Assembly (NCBI GenBank): GCA_964443435.1
Contig: CAYUCW010000001.1
Location: forward strand, 11,474 to 75,473
Reading direction: 5' to 3'
Length of the DNA: 64,000 bases
Source of the DNA: an uncultured Caulobacteraceae bacterium
Lineage (GTDB): Bacteria > Pseudomonadota > Alphaproteobacteria > Caulobacterales > Aquidulcibacteraceae
Each line of letters begins with the position of its first letter. Position 1 is the first letter of the stretch. The notes under the pieces were generated by a model that was not told where the DNA came from, did no database searches, and saw only the letters and a program-made list of their open reading frames with translations. This document shows, in pieces, positions 9,627 through 19,296 of the stretch. The position numbers and the translations under genes were made by a program.

Positions 9627-10364
9627 ATGACTAATAAAATTATTATGGCAATAATAAATGCCACTTATAAAATCCATCAAACAAAACCCGAAGGCGGTTT
9701 TACTATAGGTACAAGTTGGCTGATTAATATGACTGAATTAGTCGGTAAGGAAAAATACGCGCTTATCACCGCGCACCATGTTTTGGCGGGGATGCAAAAA
9801 GACTATTTAGAATTAAATTGGCGCAAAAAGACCAAAGATAGCTATGAAGCTAAGATGGTACAAATTAAAATAAGAAATAATGGCGAACAATTATGGTTTA
9901 CCCATCCAAAATACGATGTTTCATGCATTTGGTTATCGCAGAACGATATTATAAGCTTAGACGATTTAAGAGAATGCGCGCTTCCTTATAATTATTTGGC
10001 ATCAGAGCAAGAAATGAAAGCCAATGATATAAGCATAAGCCAAGAATTATTCGCACTTGGCTATCCTAAAGGTCTTAGTTCCAACCATATTGGTTTTCCA
10101 ATCCTAAGATCTGGCAGGATTGCAAGTTATCCATTATGGCCGATGGATAGTTTTGCGTGTTTCCTTATGGATTTTTCTGTATTTTCTGGAAATTCAGGCT
10201 GTCCGGTATTTATGCCTGAATATATTGGCGGAAGCATAAAAATAATCGGCATGCTTACGCAGCAGGTTATTTTAAACAATGAAAGACTTGAAATGGGTAT
10301 TGTCCTTCATGCCGAAGGCGTAAGAGATGCTTTGCAAATCTTTAGTTTTGCTAAGACGGTTTAA
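9627..10364 (+). CDS. Trypsin-like serine protease
   Basis: Catalytic triad motifs TAHHV, YDVS, GNSGCPV. Confidence 0.8.
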   Translation: MTNKIIMAIINATYKIHQTKPEGGFTIGTSWLINMTELVGKEKYALITAHHVLAGMQKDYLELNWRKKTKDSYEAKMVQIKIRNNGEQLWFTHPKYDVSCIWLSQNDIISLDDLRECALPYNYLASEQEMKANDISISQELFALGYPKGLSSNHIGFPILRSGRIASYPLWPMDSFACFLMDFSVFSGNSGCPVFMPEYIGGSIKIIGMLTQQVILNNERLEMGIVLHAEGVRDALQIFSFAKTV

Positions 10365-10713
10365 AATCAAGAACCGCGCCATTAATGCAATATCTTAAGC
10401 CAGTTGGCTCTGGGCCATCTGGGAAAACATGACCAAGATGTGCGCCGCAATTGTCGCAATGAACTTCGATGCGCGTGCTAGAAAGCTTAGTATCGGTTTT
10501 TGTTCCAATTGCATTATCGCTTATAGGTTCAAAATAACTAGGCCAGCCAGAGCCAGAATTATATTTCGCAAGGCTTGAAAATAATGGCGTGTCGCAAACC
10601 GCACAATTATATATACCATCACGCTTTTCATCATTTAAAGGCGAAGAAAAGGGTCTTTCAGTGCCTTCATGCTTGGCAATTCTAATTTGTTCAGGGCTTA
10701 GTTCTTTTGTCAT
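10351..10713 (-). CDS. msrB: Peptide methionine sulfoxide reductase MsrB
   Basis: GTERPF, KYNSGSGWPSY, HLGHVFPDGP, RYCING. Confidence 0.97.
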   Translation of the reverse strand: MTKELSPEQIRIAKHEGTERPFSSPLNDEKRDGIYNCAVCDTPLFSSLAKYNSGSGWPSYFEPISDNAIGTKTDTKLSSTRIEVHCDNCGAHLGHVFPDGPEPTGLRYCINGAVLDFKPS

Positions 10714-11954
10714 TTTTCACCTTTAAAAATATTTTTTCCAAACTTATTATTAAGCTTATCAATTGCTTTTTCTAGTTTGGCATATTTTTGATTATTTGTA
10801 TTAATTAAATCATTTTCATCTGCGCCAATATCTTCTTTTACATTATTAAGTCCAATTCCAATAAGCCTGAATGGGGCTTCTTGCATAATATCTGCTAATA
10901 AAGGTTTTGCCGCTTCGTATATTATACGTCCAGTTTGCGTAGAAGTTACAAGGCTTGTTTGCCTTGTTATATTTTTAAATCTAATAGTTTTTGCTTTTAA
11001 GTGAATTGTATTAGCCGCAAGATTCTTACTTCTGGCTTCTGCGGCAATTTTCATACAAAGCACTCGTAGGATTTTTAGCAATTCTTCTTGGCTACTTATA
11101 TTATTACTAAAAGTAGTTTCTGTGGATATGGATTTTCGGGCATGGGTTTCACCAATTTTTCTATTATCAATTCCCCATGAATATTCATAAAACCTTTGAC
11201 CCGTATTACCAAAGCATTGAATTAAATAATTTTTATCGGCATTCGCAATATCACCAATTTTTTTAAAGCCTAGCTTTTCAAAGTTTTTTACACTTGCACC
11301 GCCTAGGCCATGAATAAAGCTTATTGGTCTTGGCCAGAGAACTTCTTTAATATCATCACTAGTTAAAATATAAAAACCGCGCGGTTTGTCCATATCACTA
11401 GCAGTTTTGGCAAGAAACTTATTATTAGATAGCCCAATTGAAACTGTGATCCCGATTTCTTGTTCAATAGTTTTGGCAATTTTGGCAAGGCTTTGAGCGG
11501 CAATCATTTTATGAAGCTTTTGCGTACCTGAAAGATCTAAATAAGCTTCATCAATTGAAACATTGTCAATAATCGGGGTGTATCTTTGAAATACTTCTTG
11601 AATTCTTTTGGCTTCTTTGCGGTATAAAGCGCCATTAGGTTTTATAATCACTGCCTCTGGGCATAATTTTTGCGCAACAAACATTGGCATTGCCGACTTA
11701 ACGCCTTTTGTTCTTGCAATATAACAAGCAGTAGCTACGACCCCACGCGTACCACCGCCAATAATAACTGGCTTATCCATAAGTTTGGGATCTTCACGTT
11801 TATGAATTGAAGCGAAAAAAGCGTCGCAATCTATATGGGCAATATTAAGGTCTTTTAAGTTTTTATAGTTTATAAGCCTGCGACTATTGCAAGTGGGACA
11901 CTTAGAAAGTGGCTCAAAAAACAAATTAAAGCAGTCACGACACAAAAAATCCAC
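10710..11954 (-). CDS. dinB: DNA polymerase IV
   Basis: [19 protein letters not shown]-terminal Zn ribbon typical of alphaproteobacterial DinB. Confidence 0.95.
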   Translation of the reverse strand: MDFLCRDCFNLFFEPLSKCPTCNSRRLINYKNLKDLNIAHIDCDAFFASIHKREDPKLMDKPVIIGGGTRGVVATACYIARTKGVKSAMPMFVAQKLCPEAVIIKPNGALYRKEAKRIQEVFQRYTPIIDNVSIDEAYLDLSGTQKLHKMIAAQSLAKIAKTIEQEIGITVSIGLSNNKFLAKTASDMDKPRGFYILTSDDIKEVLWPRPISFIHGLGGASVKNFEKLGFKKIGDIANADKNYLIQCFGNTGQRFYEYSWGIDNRKIGETHARKSISTETTFSNNISSQEELLKILRVLCMKIAAEARSKNLAANTIHLKAKTIRFKNITRQTSLVTSTQTGRIIYEAAKPLLADIMQEAPFRLIGIGLNNVKEDIGADENDLINTNNQKYAKLEKAIDKLNNKFGKNIFKGEK

Positions 11955-11983
11955 TTAGTTTTAACTCGTTTGTTAATATTTAT

Positions 11984-12412
11984 GTGCATAATAAGCAAAA
12001 TTATAAACAGGATACAAGTAATTTGACCGAAGAAGTAAATAATAATCTAAAAAAGAAGGTCATGATCGTTGAAGATAACGAATTAAATATGCGTCTTTTC
12101 CGTGATTTATTAAATGCATTTGGTTATACGACTGTCGAAACAAGGGACGGTTTGCGTGCCTTAGAAATCGCCAAACTTGAAAAACCTGATTTAATTCTGA
12201 TGGATATACAGTTACCACACGTTTCAGGGCTTGACGTAACCCGTTGGATGAAGGCAGAACGCGAAACTGAAAACATTCCTATTATTGCTGTGACTGCATT
12301 TGCGATGCGCGGCGATGAGGAAAGAATAAAAGAGGGTGGGTGCCAAGCCTATCTATCTAAGCCAATTTCGGTGGCTTCATTCATTGGAACCATTAGGGAG
12401 TTTATTGGTTAA
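11984..12412 (+). CDS. divK: Single-domain cell-cycle response regulator DivK
   Basis: [37 protein letters not shown]; directly upstream of pleD. Start uncertain. Confidence 0.95.
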   Translation: MHNKQNYKQDTSNLTEEVNNNLKKKVMIVEDNELNMRLFRDLLNAFGYTTVETRDGLRALEIAKLEKPDLILMDIQLPHVSGLDVTRWMKAERETENIPIIAVTAFAMRGDEERIKEGGCQAYLSKPISVASFIGTIREFIG

Positions 12413-13773
12413 TGACTGCTCGAGTCTTAGTTGTAGATGATGTTGAACCAAATATTCGCTTACTTGAAGCAAAGCTTCAGTATGAATATTATTCTGTCTC
12501 TACTGCTATGTCTGGTGAAGCAGCAATCGCCAAAGCTTTAAATGAAAATCCTGATGTTATCTTACTTGATGTTATGATGCCAGGGCTTGATGGCTTCGAA
12601 ACTTGCGCAAGACTTAAAGAAGATAAAAGAACTAGCCATATTCCAGTAATAATGGTTACTGCACTTGATCAAAAAGAAGATAAAATCAGAGGGCTTTCTG
12701 TGGGCGCTGATGACTTCTTGTCAAAGCCAATTGATGACGTTCTTTTATTATCAAGAGTAAAGTCCCTTGCACGTTTTAAAACTATTGCTGATGAGCTTCG
12801 TAACCGTGAAGCCGTAGGTAAAAAATTCGGCGTTATAGATGAGCATATACCAAAAGATACTGGAACAAATGCAAGAATTCTAATTCTTGAAGATGATCCA
12901 AAAAGAGCCGCGCGTTTAAAAAGATTATTAGAGCCAGAGCAAAGACCAATGCTTATGGAAGAAGCTAATAATCTTGGACCACAGGGACAATCAACTGTGG
13001 AGTTGATGATAGTGTCTGCATGTGGAAATTCTTTTGATGGATTAAGGCTTGCCGCTTATTTCAGATCGCAATCAAATACCCGTAATCTTCCAATTCTTGC
13101 GATTGTTGATGATGACGATAGAGAAAAAAGCTTTAAAGCCTTAGAAATCGGTGTGAATGACATTATATCTCGTCCGATTGATGAAGAAGAATTAAGGGCG
13201 CGTGTAAAAACACTTGTTAAAAGAAAACGCTATATTGATGGGCTTCGTAATAGCGTTGACCTTTCAATGGAAAAAGCCGTAACCGATCAGCTTACTGGGC
13301 TACATAATCGTCGATACATGGAAAGCCAGCTAAAATCTTTATTAGAACGTGCAATGCGCGGTGGCCCACAGGTTTCTGTATTAATTGCCGATATTGACCA
13401 TTTTAAACGCGTAAATGATTTATTTGGTCATGATGCTGGTGATGATGTTATTCGTCAATTCTCAGAGCGGCTTGCATCTAATTTTAGACCAAGAGATTTA
13501 GCATGCCGTTTTGGTGGTGAAGAATTCGTAGTAATTATGCCGGAAACCGGAACGGATGATGCGCTTGTAATTGCGGAAAGACTAAGACGTTCTATTTCTA
13601 ACGCGCCTTTTTATATTGGTCGTAATCGCGATAGCTTGGATGTTACTTGCTCCGTTGGGGTAACTGTAAGCACAATTGGAACAGATACCCCAGAGCGTAT
13701 TTTAAAGCGTGCTGACCAAGCTTTATATGCCGCCAAACAAAATGGCAGAAATAAAGTTATGGCCGCCGCCTAG
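12412..13773 (+). CDS. pleD: Diguanylate cyclase response regulator PleD
   Basis: REC-REC-GGDEF; [15 protein letters not shown]-site, GGEEF. Confidence 0.97.
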   Translation: MTARVLVVDDVEPNIRLLEAKLQYEYYSVSTAMSGEAAIAKALNENPDVILLDVMMPGLDGFETCARLKEDKRTSHIPVIMVTALDQKEDKIRGLSVGADDFLSKPIDDVLLLSRVKSLARFKTIADELRNREAVGKKFGVIDEHIPKDTGTNARILILEDDPKRAARLKRLLEPEQRPMLMEEANNLGPQGQSTVELMIVSACGNSFDGLRLAAYFRSQSNTRNLPILAIVDDDDREKSFKALEIGVNDIISRPIDEEELRARVKTLVKRKRYIDGLRNSVDLSMEKAVTDQLTGLHNRRYMESQLKSLLERAMRGGPQVSVLIADIDHFKRVNDLFGHDAGDDVIRQFSERLASNFRPRDLACRFGGEEFVVIMPETGTDDALVIAERLRRSISNAPFYIGRNRDSLDVTCSVGVTVSTIGTDTPERILKRADQALYAAKQNGRNKVMAAA

Positions 13774-14552
13774 CTTATTGCTTTATAGATATTATAAACA
13801 CTTGTAAGAAGTAGTAATGAACCAACAAGTGTCAATAAGGTTTTAGGCTTAATACGCTTTGCAAGAATTGCCCCAAGAGGCGCGGCAAGTAATCCACCTA
13901 TCAAAAGGCCAACAATCATAACACTGAAAGTTTGGAATCCTAAGGTAAATATAAATGTTGCCGAAATTGCGGTAGTTACCAAAAATTCAACTGTATTTAC
14001 TGTGCCAATGGTTTTTCTTGGATCTGTATTTTGAATCAAAAGATTAGAAGTTACGACAGGGCCCCAGCCACCACCACCGGCGGCATCAAGAAAACCACCA
14101 ATTAAACCAAGAGGCGCAGTAATTTTTGCTTTCTTAAACTCTTTTTTGTCATCGTGGTGATAAGCTTTAAATAAAAGATAAGCGCCAATCGCCGCAAGAT
14201 ACGTCATTACAAATGGCTTAGCCACTGATGCATCAACCGATGATAAAACATATGCGCCTAAAACGCCGCCAATCACACCAGGAATTGCAAGGCTTGAAAA
14301 TAGTTTCCAATCAACATTTTTATGCAAAATATGACTTATTCCAGAAGCAGCAGTGGTAAATAGTTCAACAATATGGATTGATGCCGATGCTTGCTTTGGT
14401 TGAACGCCAACTAGCGCAACTAGGATTGTGCTTGAAATAACACCAAAAGCCATACCGAGCGCACCATCAATTAATTGTGCCGCAAACCCTGCCGCGATAA
14501 ACGGCAGGATTTTTTCAAAGGTGTCTATTGTCGGTAATGCGAATAATAACAT
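13770..14552 (-). CDS. Sulfite exporter TauE/SafE family
   Basis: AQLIDGALGMAFG, GGFLDAAGGGGWGPV. Confidence 0.9.
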   Translation of the reverse strand: MLLFALPTIDTFEKILPFIAAGFAAQLIDGALGMAFGVISSTILVALVGVQPKQASASIHIVELFTTAASGISHILHKNVDWKLFSSLAIPGVIGGVLGAYVLSSVDASVAKPFVMTYLAAIGAYLLFKAYHHDDKKEFKKAKITAPLGLIGGFLDAAGGGGWGPVVTSNLLIQNTDPRKTIGTVNTVEFLVTTAISATFIFTLGFQTFSVMIVGLLIGGLLAAPLGAILAKRIKPKTLLTLVGSLLLLTSVYNIYKAIS

Positions 14553-14565
14553 TATATATTCCTTA

Positions 14566-16980
14566 TTAATAAAAAGTTTTGCTAAGGGTTATGCCATAGG
14601 TTAATGGTTCACCTGTTTCGCCAACAATTAAGCCCGTAGAGCCTGATTGTGCGGTTAATTGATTGAAGTATTTCACATCTCCAAGATTTTTTCCCCAAAT
14701 TGCAAAATCCCAATTATTTGCGGTCCTTATCCCTGCTCTTGCATTAAAAAGAGTGTATCCGTCAATATATAAATAATCAGAAGGTGTAGAAGATGATGAA
14801 AATTTACTTCTAGAAACGCCATCAAGACCAAAATAAATCTCGTCATTTGCCGATATAAGTTTGGCGGCTTGTTTATATTCAAAGCCATAAGATGCACTTA
14901 GTTTTGATACACCAGGAAGTACTGCACCTGAAATATTTTCAACAGAAATTGATCCGCCAGAACGCTCAAGAGCAACAGGAGCATTAGGGAAATCGATATA
15001 TCTTGAATCAATACTAGTTACATTCAAATAGAATAACCAATTAGAATTTGGTCTATAAGATGATTCAATCTCTACACCTCTAACTCTTACCTCTGGAACA
15101 CTTGCCAAAACCCCGCGCAAAGTTGAAGAGCCCGAAGCAGCAAGTTGCACGATAGCCTGATAATCTTCTATTTCAGTTAGATAGCCTGCAAAATTTAGTG
15201 TAAGTCTATTGCCTAAGAATTGAGTTTTTAAGCCAATCTCACCATGATTAATTGCTTCAGGCTTAACTGTTGCAAAATCTTTAACCGCTGGCAAACCATC
15301 CACGCCATTTGGAATACCATTTAAGTTTACGCCACCTGATTTAAAGGTATGGGCATAAATTCCGTAAAGAAGAATGTCTTTATCAACTTTATATGAAAGT
15401 GTTATGTCGCCTGAAATATTAGTATCTTCAAAGTCTGCAACATAAAATGAAGATGCAAGTTGATTATCCTTAATAGCTTTTAAAACCGCGTTTGTAGTTT
15501 GTAATCCACCTGTTACCACAGCATCATAATAAGCGTCTTTGGTATCATAATTATATCTTATGCCTGGCTCTATGCTAAATTTGTCAGTAACTTTCCAAGT
15601 AACACGCCCAAATAAAGCGGCACTTTTGGTATCTAGCCTAACATCACTTGTTTGAGTAAGGCCATTTAAAACAGAAGAATAAGCGGCGGCATCATTAGAT
15701 CCAGTCACAGACAATAAAGCGGCATTCGTTGCAGCATTAGCAGGACCATTTAACCAATATGAAGCGGCAGAACCAAGTGCAGTATTGCCAGAAGATCTAA
15801 TTTTTTGGCTAAAATAGAATGCACCAACTAAATAATCAATTTTATCATTGAGTGTTTTGTTAAATCTAAATTCTTGCTGATATTGTTCTGAATCTGAAGG
15901 GTTTGCAGATACAGTTGTAATCGGAATACCAATCCAATCTCTATCATTTGAAGGGCGCCAAGACCATGTACGCCAAGCACTTACACTTGTAAGCTTGCCG
16001 CCTAAAACATTATAATTAACTTTTAGTGATGCACCTGAATTATGTTGAAGACCTCTTGTTTTGCTATCATGGTCAACCAATCTATCAAATGGATTAGTGC
16101 TTGGTACATTATACCCAAAATTTGCTGCAAGAGCAGCATATTGACGTGTAACTGCTCTCTGGGTTGGCGCAACTTTTACATAAACTTGACCTGCACCATT
16201 TGGATTTTGCTCGCTGTAGTCGCCAGAGAAAGTAAGTTTTAAATCATCTGTTGCATTCCATAAGATTTGCCCACGCACACTTAGGTTATTAAGTTCATTT
16301 ACTTTTTCTTTACGTGCAATATTATAAGATAAGCCATCTCTTGAAGTAAAAGATGTTGAAAGTCTTGCGGCAATTTTATCAGTTAGTGGACTAGATACAG
16401 AACCTTTAAACTGCGTGAAATTATAATTTCCATAAGTTAAAGATGCTTTTGCTTCGGGGTCGAAACTTGGTGCTCGGGTAGTTATACTAATAGCCCCAGC
16501 AGTTGTGTTTTTGCCGTATAGAGTACCTTGCGGGCCACGTAATATATCAATCTGAGCAACATCTACAAAGTCTAGAGCAGCAGATGCGGCACGCGCATAA
16601 TAAACATCGTCAATATAGAAACCTACGCCTTGTTCAATGCCGTCATTAGTAAGACCATATGGCGCGCCAAGACCGCGAATATTAACCGTCGTGTTTCTTT
16701 GGTTTTGCGAATAAAATTGAATTGCTGGCTGCACTTGGGTAAGGCGACTTACGTTAAAGTTACCTGAATTTTCCAATTGTTTTCCTGAAATAGTAGAAAC
16801 AGTCAATGCAGAATCTTGTAGTCGTTCGGTTTTGCGTTTTGCAGAAATTATGATTGTGGTGCTTGCAGGGGTAAGATTTTCATTATTCTTAGAATTATCT
16901 ATTGTTTCTGCAAAGCTTGGTGTTGAATAAAGTCCTAGAAGTGTAAATCCAAGAGCTATTTTTGATATTTTATTTGGCAT
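14566..16980 (-). CDS. TonB-dependent receptor (sulfur cassette)
   Basis: Signal peptide, plug IRGLG, LRGPQGTLYGKN, C-terminal YGITLSKTFY. Confidence 0.93.
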   Translation of the reverse strand: MPNKISKIALGFTLLGLYSTPSFAETIDNSKNNENLTPASTTIIISAKRKTERLQDSALTVSTISGKQLENSGNFNVSRLTQVQPAIQFYSQNQRNTTVNIRGLGAPYGLTNDGIEQGVGFYIDDVYYARAASAALDFVDVAQIDILRGPQGTLYGKNTTAGAISITTRAPSFDPEAKASLTYGNYNFTQFKGSVSSPLTDKIAARLSTSFTSRDGLSYNIARKEKVNELNNLSVRGQILWNATDDLKLTFSGDYSEQNPNGAGQVYVKVAPTQRAVTRQYAALAANFGYNVPSTNPFDRLVDHDSKTRGLQHNSGASLKVNYNVLGGKLTSVSAWRTWSWRPSNDRDWIGIPITTVSANPSDSEQYQQEFRFNKTLNDKIDYLVGAFYFSQKIRSSGNTALGSAASYWLNGPANAATNAALLSVTGSNDAAAYSSVLNGLTQTSDVRLDTKSAALFGRVTWKVTDKFSIEPGIRYNYDTKDAYYDAVVTGGLQTTNAVLKAIKDNQLASSFYVADFEDTNISGDITLSYKVDKDILLYGIYAHTFKSGGVNLNGIPNGVDGLPAVKDFATVKPEAINHGEIGLKTQFLGNRLTLNFAGYLTEIEDYQAIVQLAASGSSTLRGVLASVPEVRVRGVEIESSYRPNSNWLFYLNVTSIDSRYIDFPNAPVALERSGGSISVENISGAVLPGVSKLSASYGFEYKQAAKLISANDEIYFGLDGVSRSKFSSSSTPSDYLYIDGYTLFNARAGIRTANNWDFAIWGKNLGDVKYFNQLTAQSGSTGLIVGETGEPLTYGITLSKTFY

Positions 16981-17010
16981 TTCTTATCTTTCGTAAGTTT
17001 AAGAAGAAAT

Positions 17011-17031
17011 GCCTCCAGTTGTCTGGTCGGC
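17011..17031 (-). promoter_or_regulatory. Small GC-rich hairpin between yezD and the TonB receptor (possible RNA element)
   Basis: Minus strand GCC-GA-CCAG-ACAA-CTGG-A-GGC followed by ATTTCTTCTT. Confidence 0.4.
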
Positions 17032-17065
17032 TATAGTGTTTTCAATGTGAGGGGGAGGAATAGAG

Positions 17066-17236
17066 TTAAAATCTGGTTTTTTCAGTAACATCTAATTGCA
17101 CGATTTTATTATCGTGTATAGTCAAAGAAATGGTGCCAAACTTAATTTTACTTAAAGCTTCTTTCACTACTAGTAAGTGGCGTGAAAATTCACCATTTTT
17201 TTGACCGTCGTCATTATTAGTTGCAGATATCGTCAT
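17066..17236 (-). CDS. YezD/DUF2292 family small protein
   Basis: ALSKIKFGTISLTIHDNKIVQLDVTEKTRF; GAAAGGA RBS upstream of ATG 17236. Confidence 0.85.
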   Translation of the reverse strand: MTISATNNDDGQKNGEFSRHLLVVKEALSKIKFGTISLTIHDNKIVQLDVTEKTRF

Positions 17237-17285
17237 ATCAATCCTTTCATGCAAAGCCTGCAATTAAGCTTGGCATGGTCAAGAT

Positions 17286-17310
17286 ATACTCAAGTAATTT
17301 GATTGACAAT
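17286..17310. promoter_or_regulatory. Candidate Rrf2 operator
   Basis: Imperfect palindrome ATACTCAAGT-AATTT-GATTGACAAT resembling IscR-type sites; related copy at 17827-17851. Confidence 0.4.
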
Positions 17311-17377
17311 AGAAAAAAATAGAATTTTTAAGGTAAAATGCGCCTAAAAAGAGAAAATATTTTCTTTAATTTAGTAT

Positions 17378-17815
17378 TTATTCAAAATCAAAGACAAGAT
17401 CATCATATTTAATGCTGTCTGCTAGACTAATTGAGTCGAGAATATGGGCTGTCTCATTGCGAAGTTTTATAAGGACTTTTCTTAAACGGCATTTTTCTTC
17501 ATCTACGCAATTTTTGCATTTTTCAGGTGCATATTTACTGGCGCACGGTACAAGCGCAAGAGAACCACGAGTAAGCCTTAAAATATCACCATAAGAAATG
17601 TCAACAGGTGACAGGGCAAGTTTATAGCCACCATCGGGGCCACGTCTTGAATTTACTAATCCTTCACGGCATACTTCGGAAAGAATAATAGTTAAGAATT
17701 TTATGGGTATATTTTGGCTTTCGGCAATTTGCGATAAATGAATATAATCTTTATCGGCATTATCCGCTAAATATTGAAGTGCCCTGATTGTATATTTGGT
17801 TTTTTGTGAAAGCAT
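17378..17815 (-). CDS. Rrf2-family transcriptional regulator with four C-terminal Cys
   Basis: KTKYTIRAL, IAESQNIP, SRRGPDGGY, CASKYAPEKCKNCVDEEKC. Confidence 0.93.
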   Translation of the reverse strand: MLSQKTKYTIRALQYLADNADKDYIHLSQIAESQNIPIKFLTIILSEVCREGLVNSRRGPDGGYKLALSPVDISYGDILRLTRGSLALVPCASKYAPEKCKNCVDEEKCRLRKVLIKLRNETAHILDSISLADSIKYDDLVFDFE

Positions 17816-17859
17816 TTAATTATTCTATACTCTAATTATTGCTTTATCATAAACAAAAA

Positions 17860-17880
17860 GCGCGCCAAATTATGGCGCGC
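17860..17880 (-). terminator. Intrinsic terminator after rpmG
   Basis: GCGCGCCA-AATTA-TGGCGCGC followed by TTTTT on the minus strand. Confidence 0.65.
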
Positions 17881-17907
17881 ATGTTTAAATAAGCATAAAG
17901 CTTAATT

Positions 17908-18075
17908 TTATTTGATTTTGCCTTCAACAAACTCAACATGTTTACGAACCACAGGATCGTATTTATTCATGCGAAGTTTTTCAGTTTTAGTACGTGCGTT
18001 CTTTTTAGTTACGTAAAAGAAGCCAGTGCCTGCTGACGAATTAAGGCGAATTTTAATTGAGGCTGGTTTAGCCAT
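17908..18075 (-). CDS. rpmG: 50S ribosomal protein L33
   Basis: [26 protein letters not shown]...[18 protein letters not shown]. Confidence 0.98.
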   Translation of the reverse strand: MAKPASIKIRLNSSAGTGFFYVTKKNARTKTEKLRMNKYDPVVRKHVEFVEGKIK

Positions 18076-18144
18076 TTTAGACCCCTGCGCTAAAAGCTGC
18101 AAAATGAAAACGATGTGCGCCTACACCACGTTTAGAAATTAAAG

Positions 18145-19296
18145 TCAAGGAATGCCTACAGTCTTTTGTCTGTAAAATAGTGCTAAAATTGGTAATAGCC
18201 CTAAAAAAGCTAAACAATACATAAGTCCATTCGGTCCTTGCCATTCCATAAAAGCCCCAGCAGTTAAAGGCGCAATCAATTGTCCTACGCAATATGTTGT
18301 GCCAAAAGTTGCGTTATTACTTGCGATTTCGTCTTTATTATTTAATTCTGCAAAACCTAAAAGGCCAAGTGTATAATAACCCGTTGTTGCGCCTGACCAA
18401 ATGCCTGCAAGAATCAATAATAAATAATCTGGCATTTTTATTGTCATTAAGAATGGAAATGTAACCGCAATGATTCCAATGATAAATAATGTCTTATTTC
18501 TTCCAATTTTATCGGAAAGCGCCCCAATTGGGGTTTGTAAAAGCAAATTACCAAAAGCGCAGGCGGTAATGATTAAGCCTTCAATACTTACATTAAGCTC
18601 AATTCGTCTTACCCATACAGGCAAAAGATTAAATGCCGCCGTTTCAATTGCCCCAATAACAAAAGCCGGTAAAAATAATAAAGGGGTAATTTTCCAATTA
18701 AGGAATACTTTAAAGAATCCTGATGATTCTTTGTTGGGTTTGGTTATAGAAAGGGTAGGGGCAAAATAATAAAGAAGCGGCAATGCTGTTAAGACCATTA
18801 TTATATAAATGCTTTGATTGCTTGCGTGTCCAAATTTGGCAATTAATATTCCGCCAATCCCTGCGCCAAATGAAAAAAGGGTGGCGTATAGGCCAAGAAC
18901 CCTACCGCGATATTTTTCAGGTGCAAGCTCAAGTATCCAGCTTTCCGAAGCAACAAACATTAAAGTCACAATTACCGAAAAAAAGAATCTTATAAGTGTC
19001 CAAATATATGGGCCATTTGTTATTGTGAATAAATAATAGCAAACTAATATTAAAACTATTGAAGCCGCCAAAAACTCTTTGATTGGGATTATTCTTAAAA
19101 GTCTTGGTATAAAAGGCGTGAATAATAATGGCGCAAACCCTACAATACTTATTAAACCGCCAATCTGGGTGTTTAAAAGGCCATAATCATCCATTCTTAG
19201 GGAAAATATAGGGCCTATTAAACCAAAACCTAATGCCGATATAAACCCATAGGAAACCGCAATAATAAGTGTAAACCAGAGTTTAGAGATTTTCAT
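18145..19296 (-). CDS. MFS transporter
   Basis: About 12 TM; ESWILELAPEKYRGRVLGLY, LSDKIGR. Confidence 0.9.
   Translation of the reverse strand: MKISKLWFTLIIAVSYGFISALGFGLIGPIFSLRMDDYGLLNTQIGGLISIVGFAPLLFTPFIPRLLRIIPIKEFLAASIVLILVCYYLFTITNGPYIWTLIRFFFSVIVTLMFVASESWILELAPEKYRGRVLGLYATLFSFGAGIGGILIAKFGHASNQSIYIIMVLTALPLLYYFAPTLSITKPNKESSGFFKVFLNWKITPLLFLPAFVIGAIETAAFNLLPVWVRRIELNVSIEGLIITACAFGNLLLQTPIGALSDKIGRNKTLFIIGIIAVTFPFLMTIKMPDYLLLILAGIWSGATTGYYTLGLLGFAELNNKDEIASNNATFGTTYCVGQLIAPLTAGAFMEWQGPNGLMYCLAFLGLLPILALFYRQKTVGIP

Noticed and set aside
11961-11976. CtrA box upstream of divK (TTAA-CTCGTTTG-TTAA)
   Set aside because: The spacer is 8 nt, not the canonical 7, and TTAA is very common in this AT-rich DNA.
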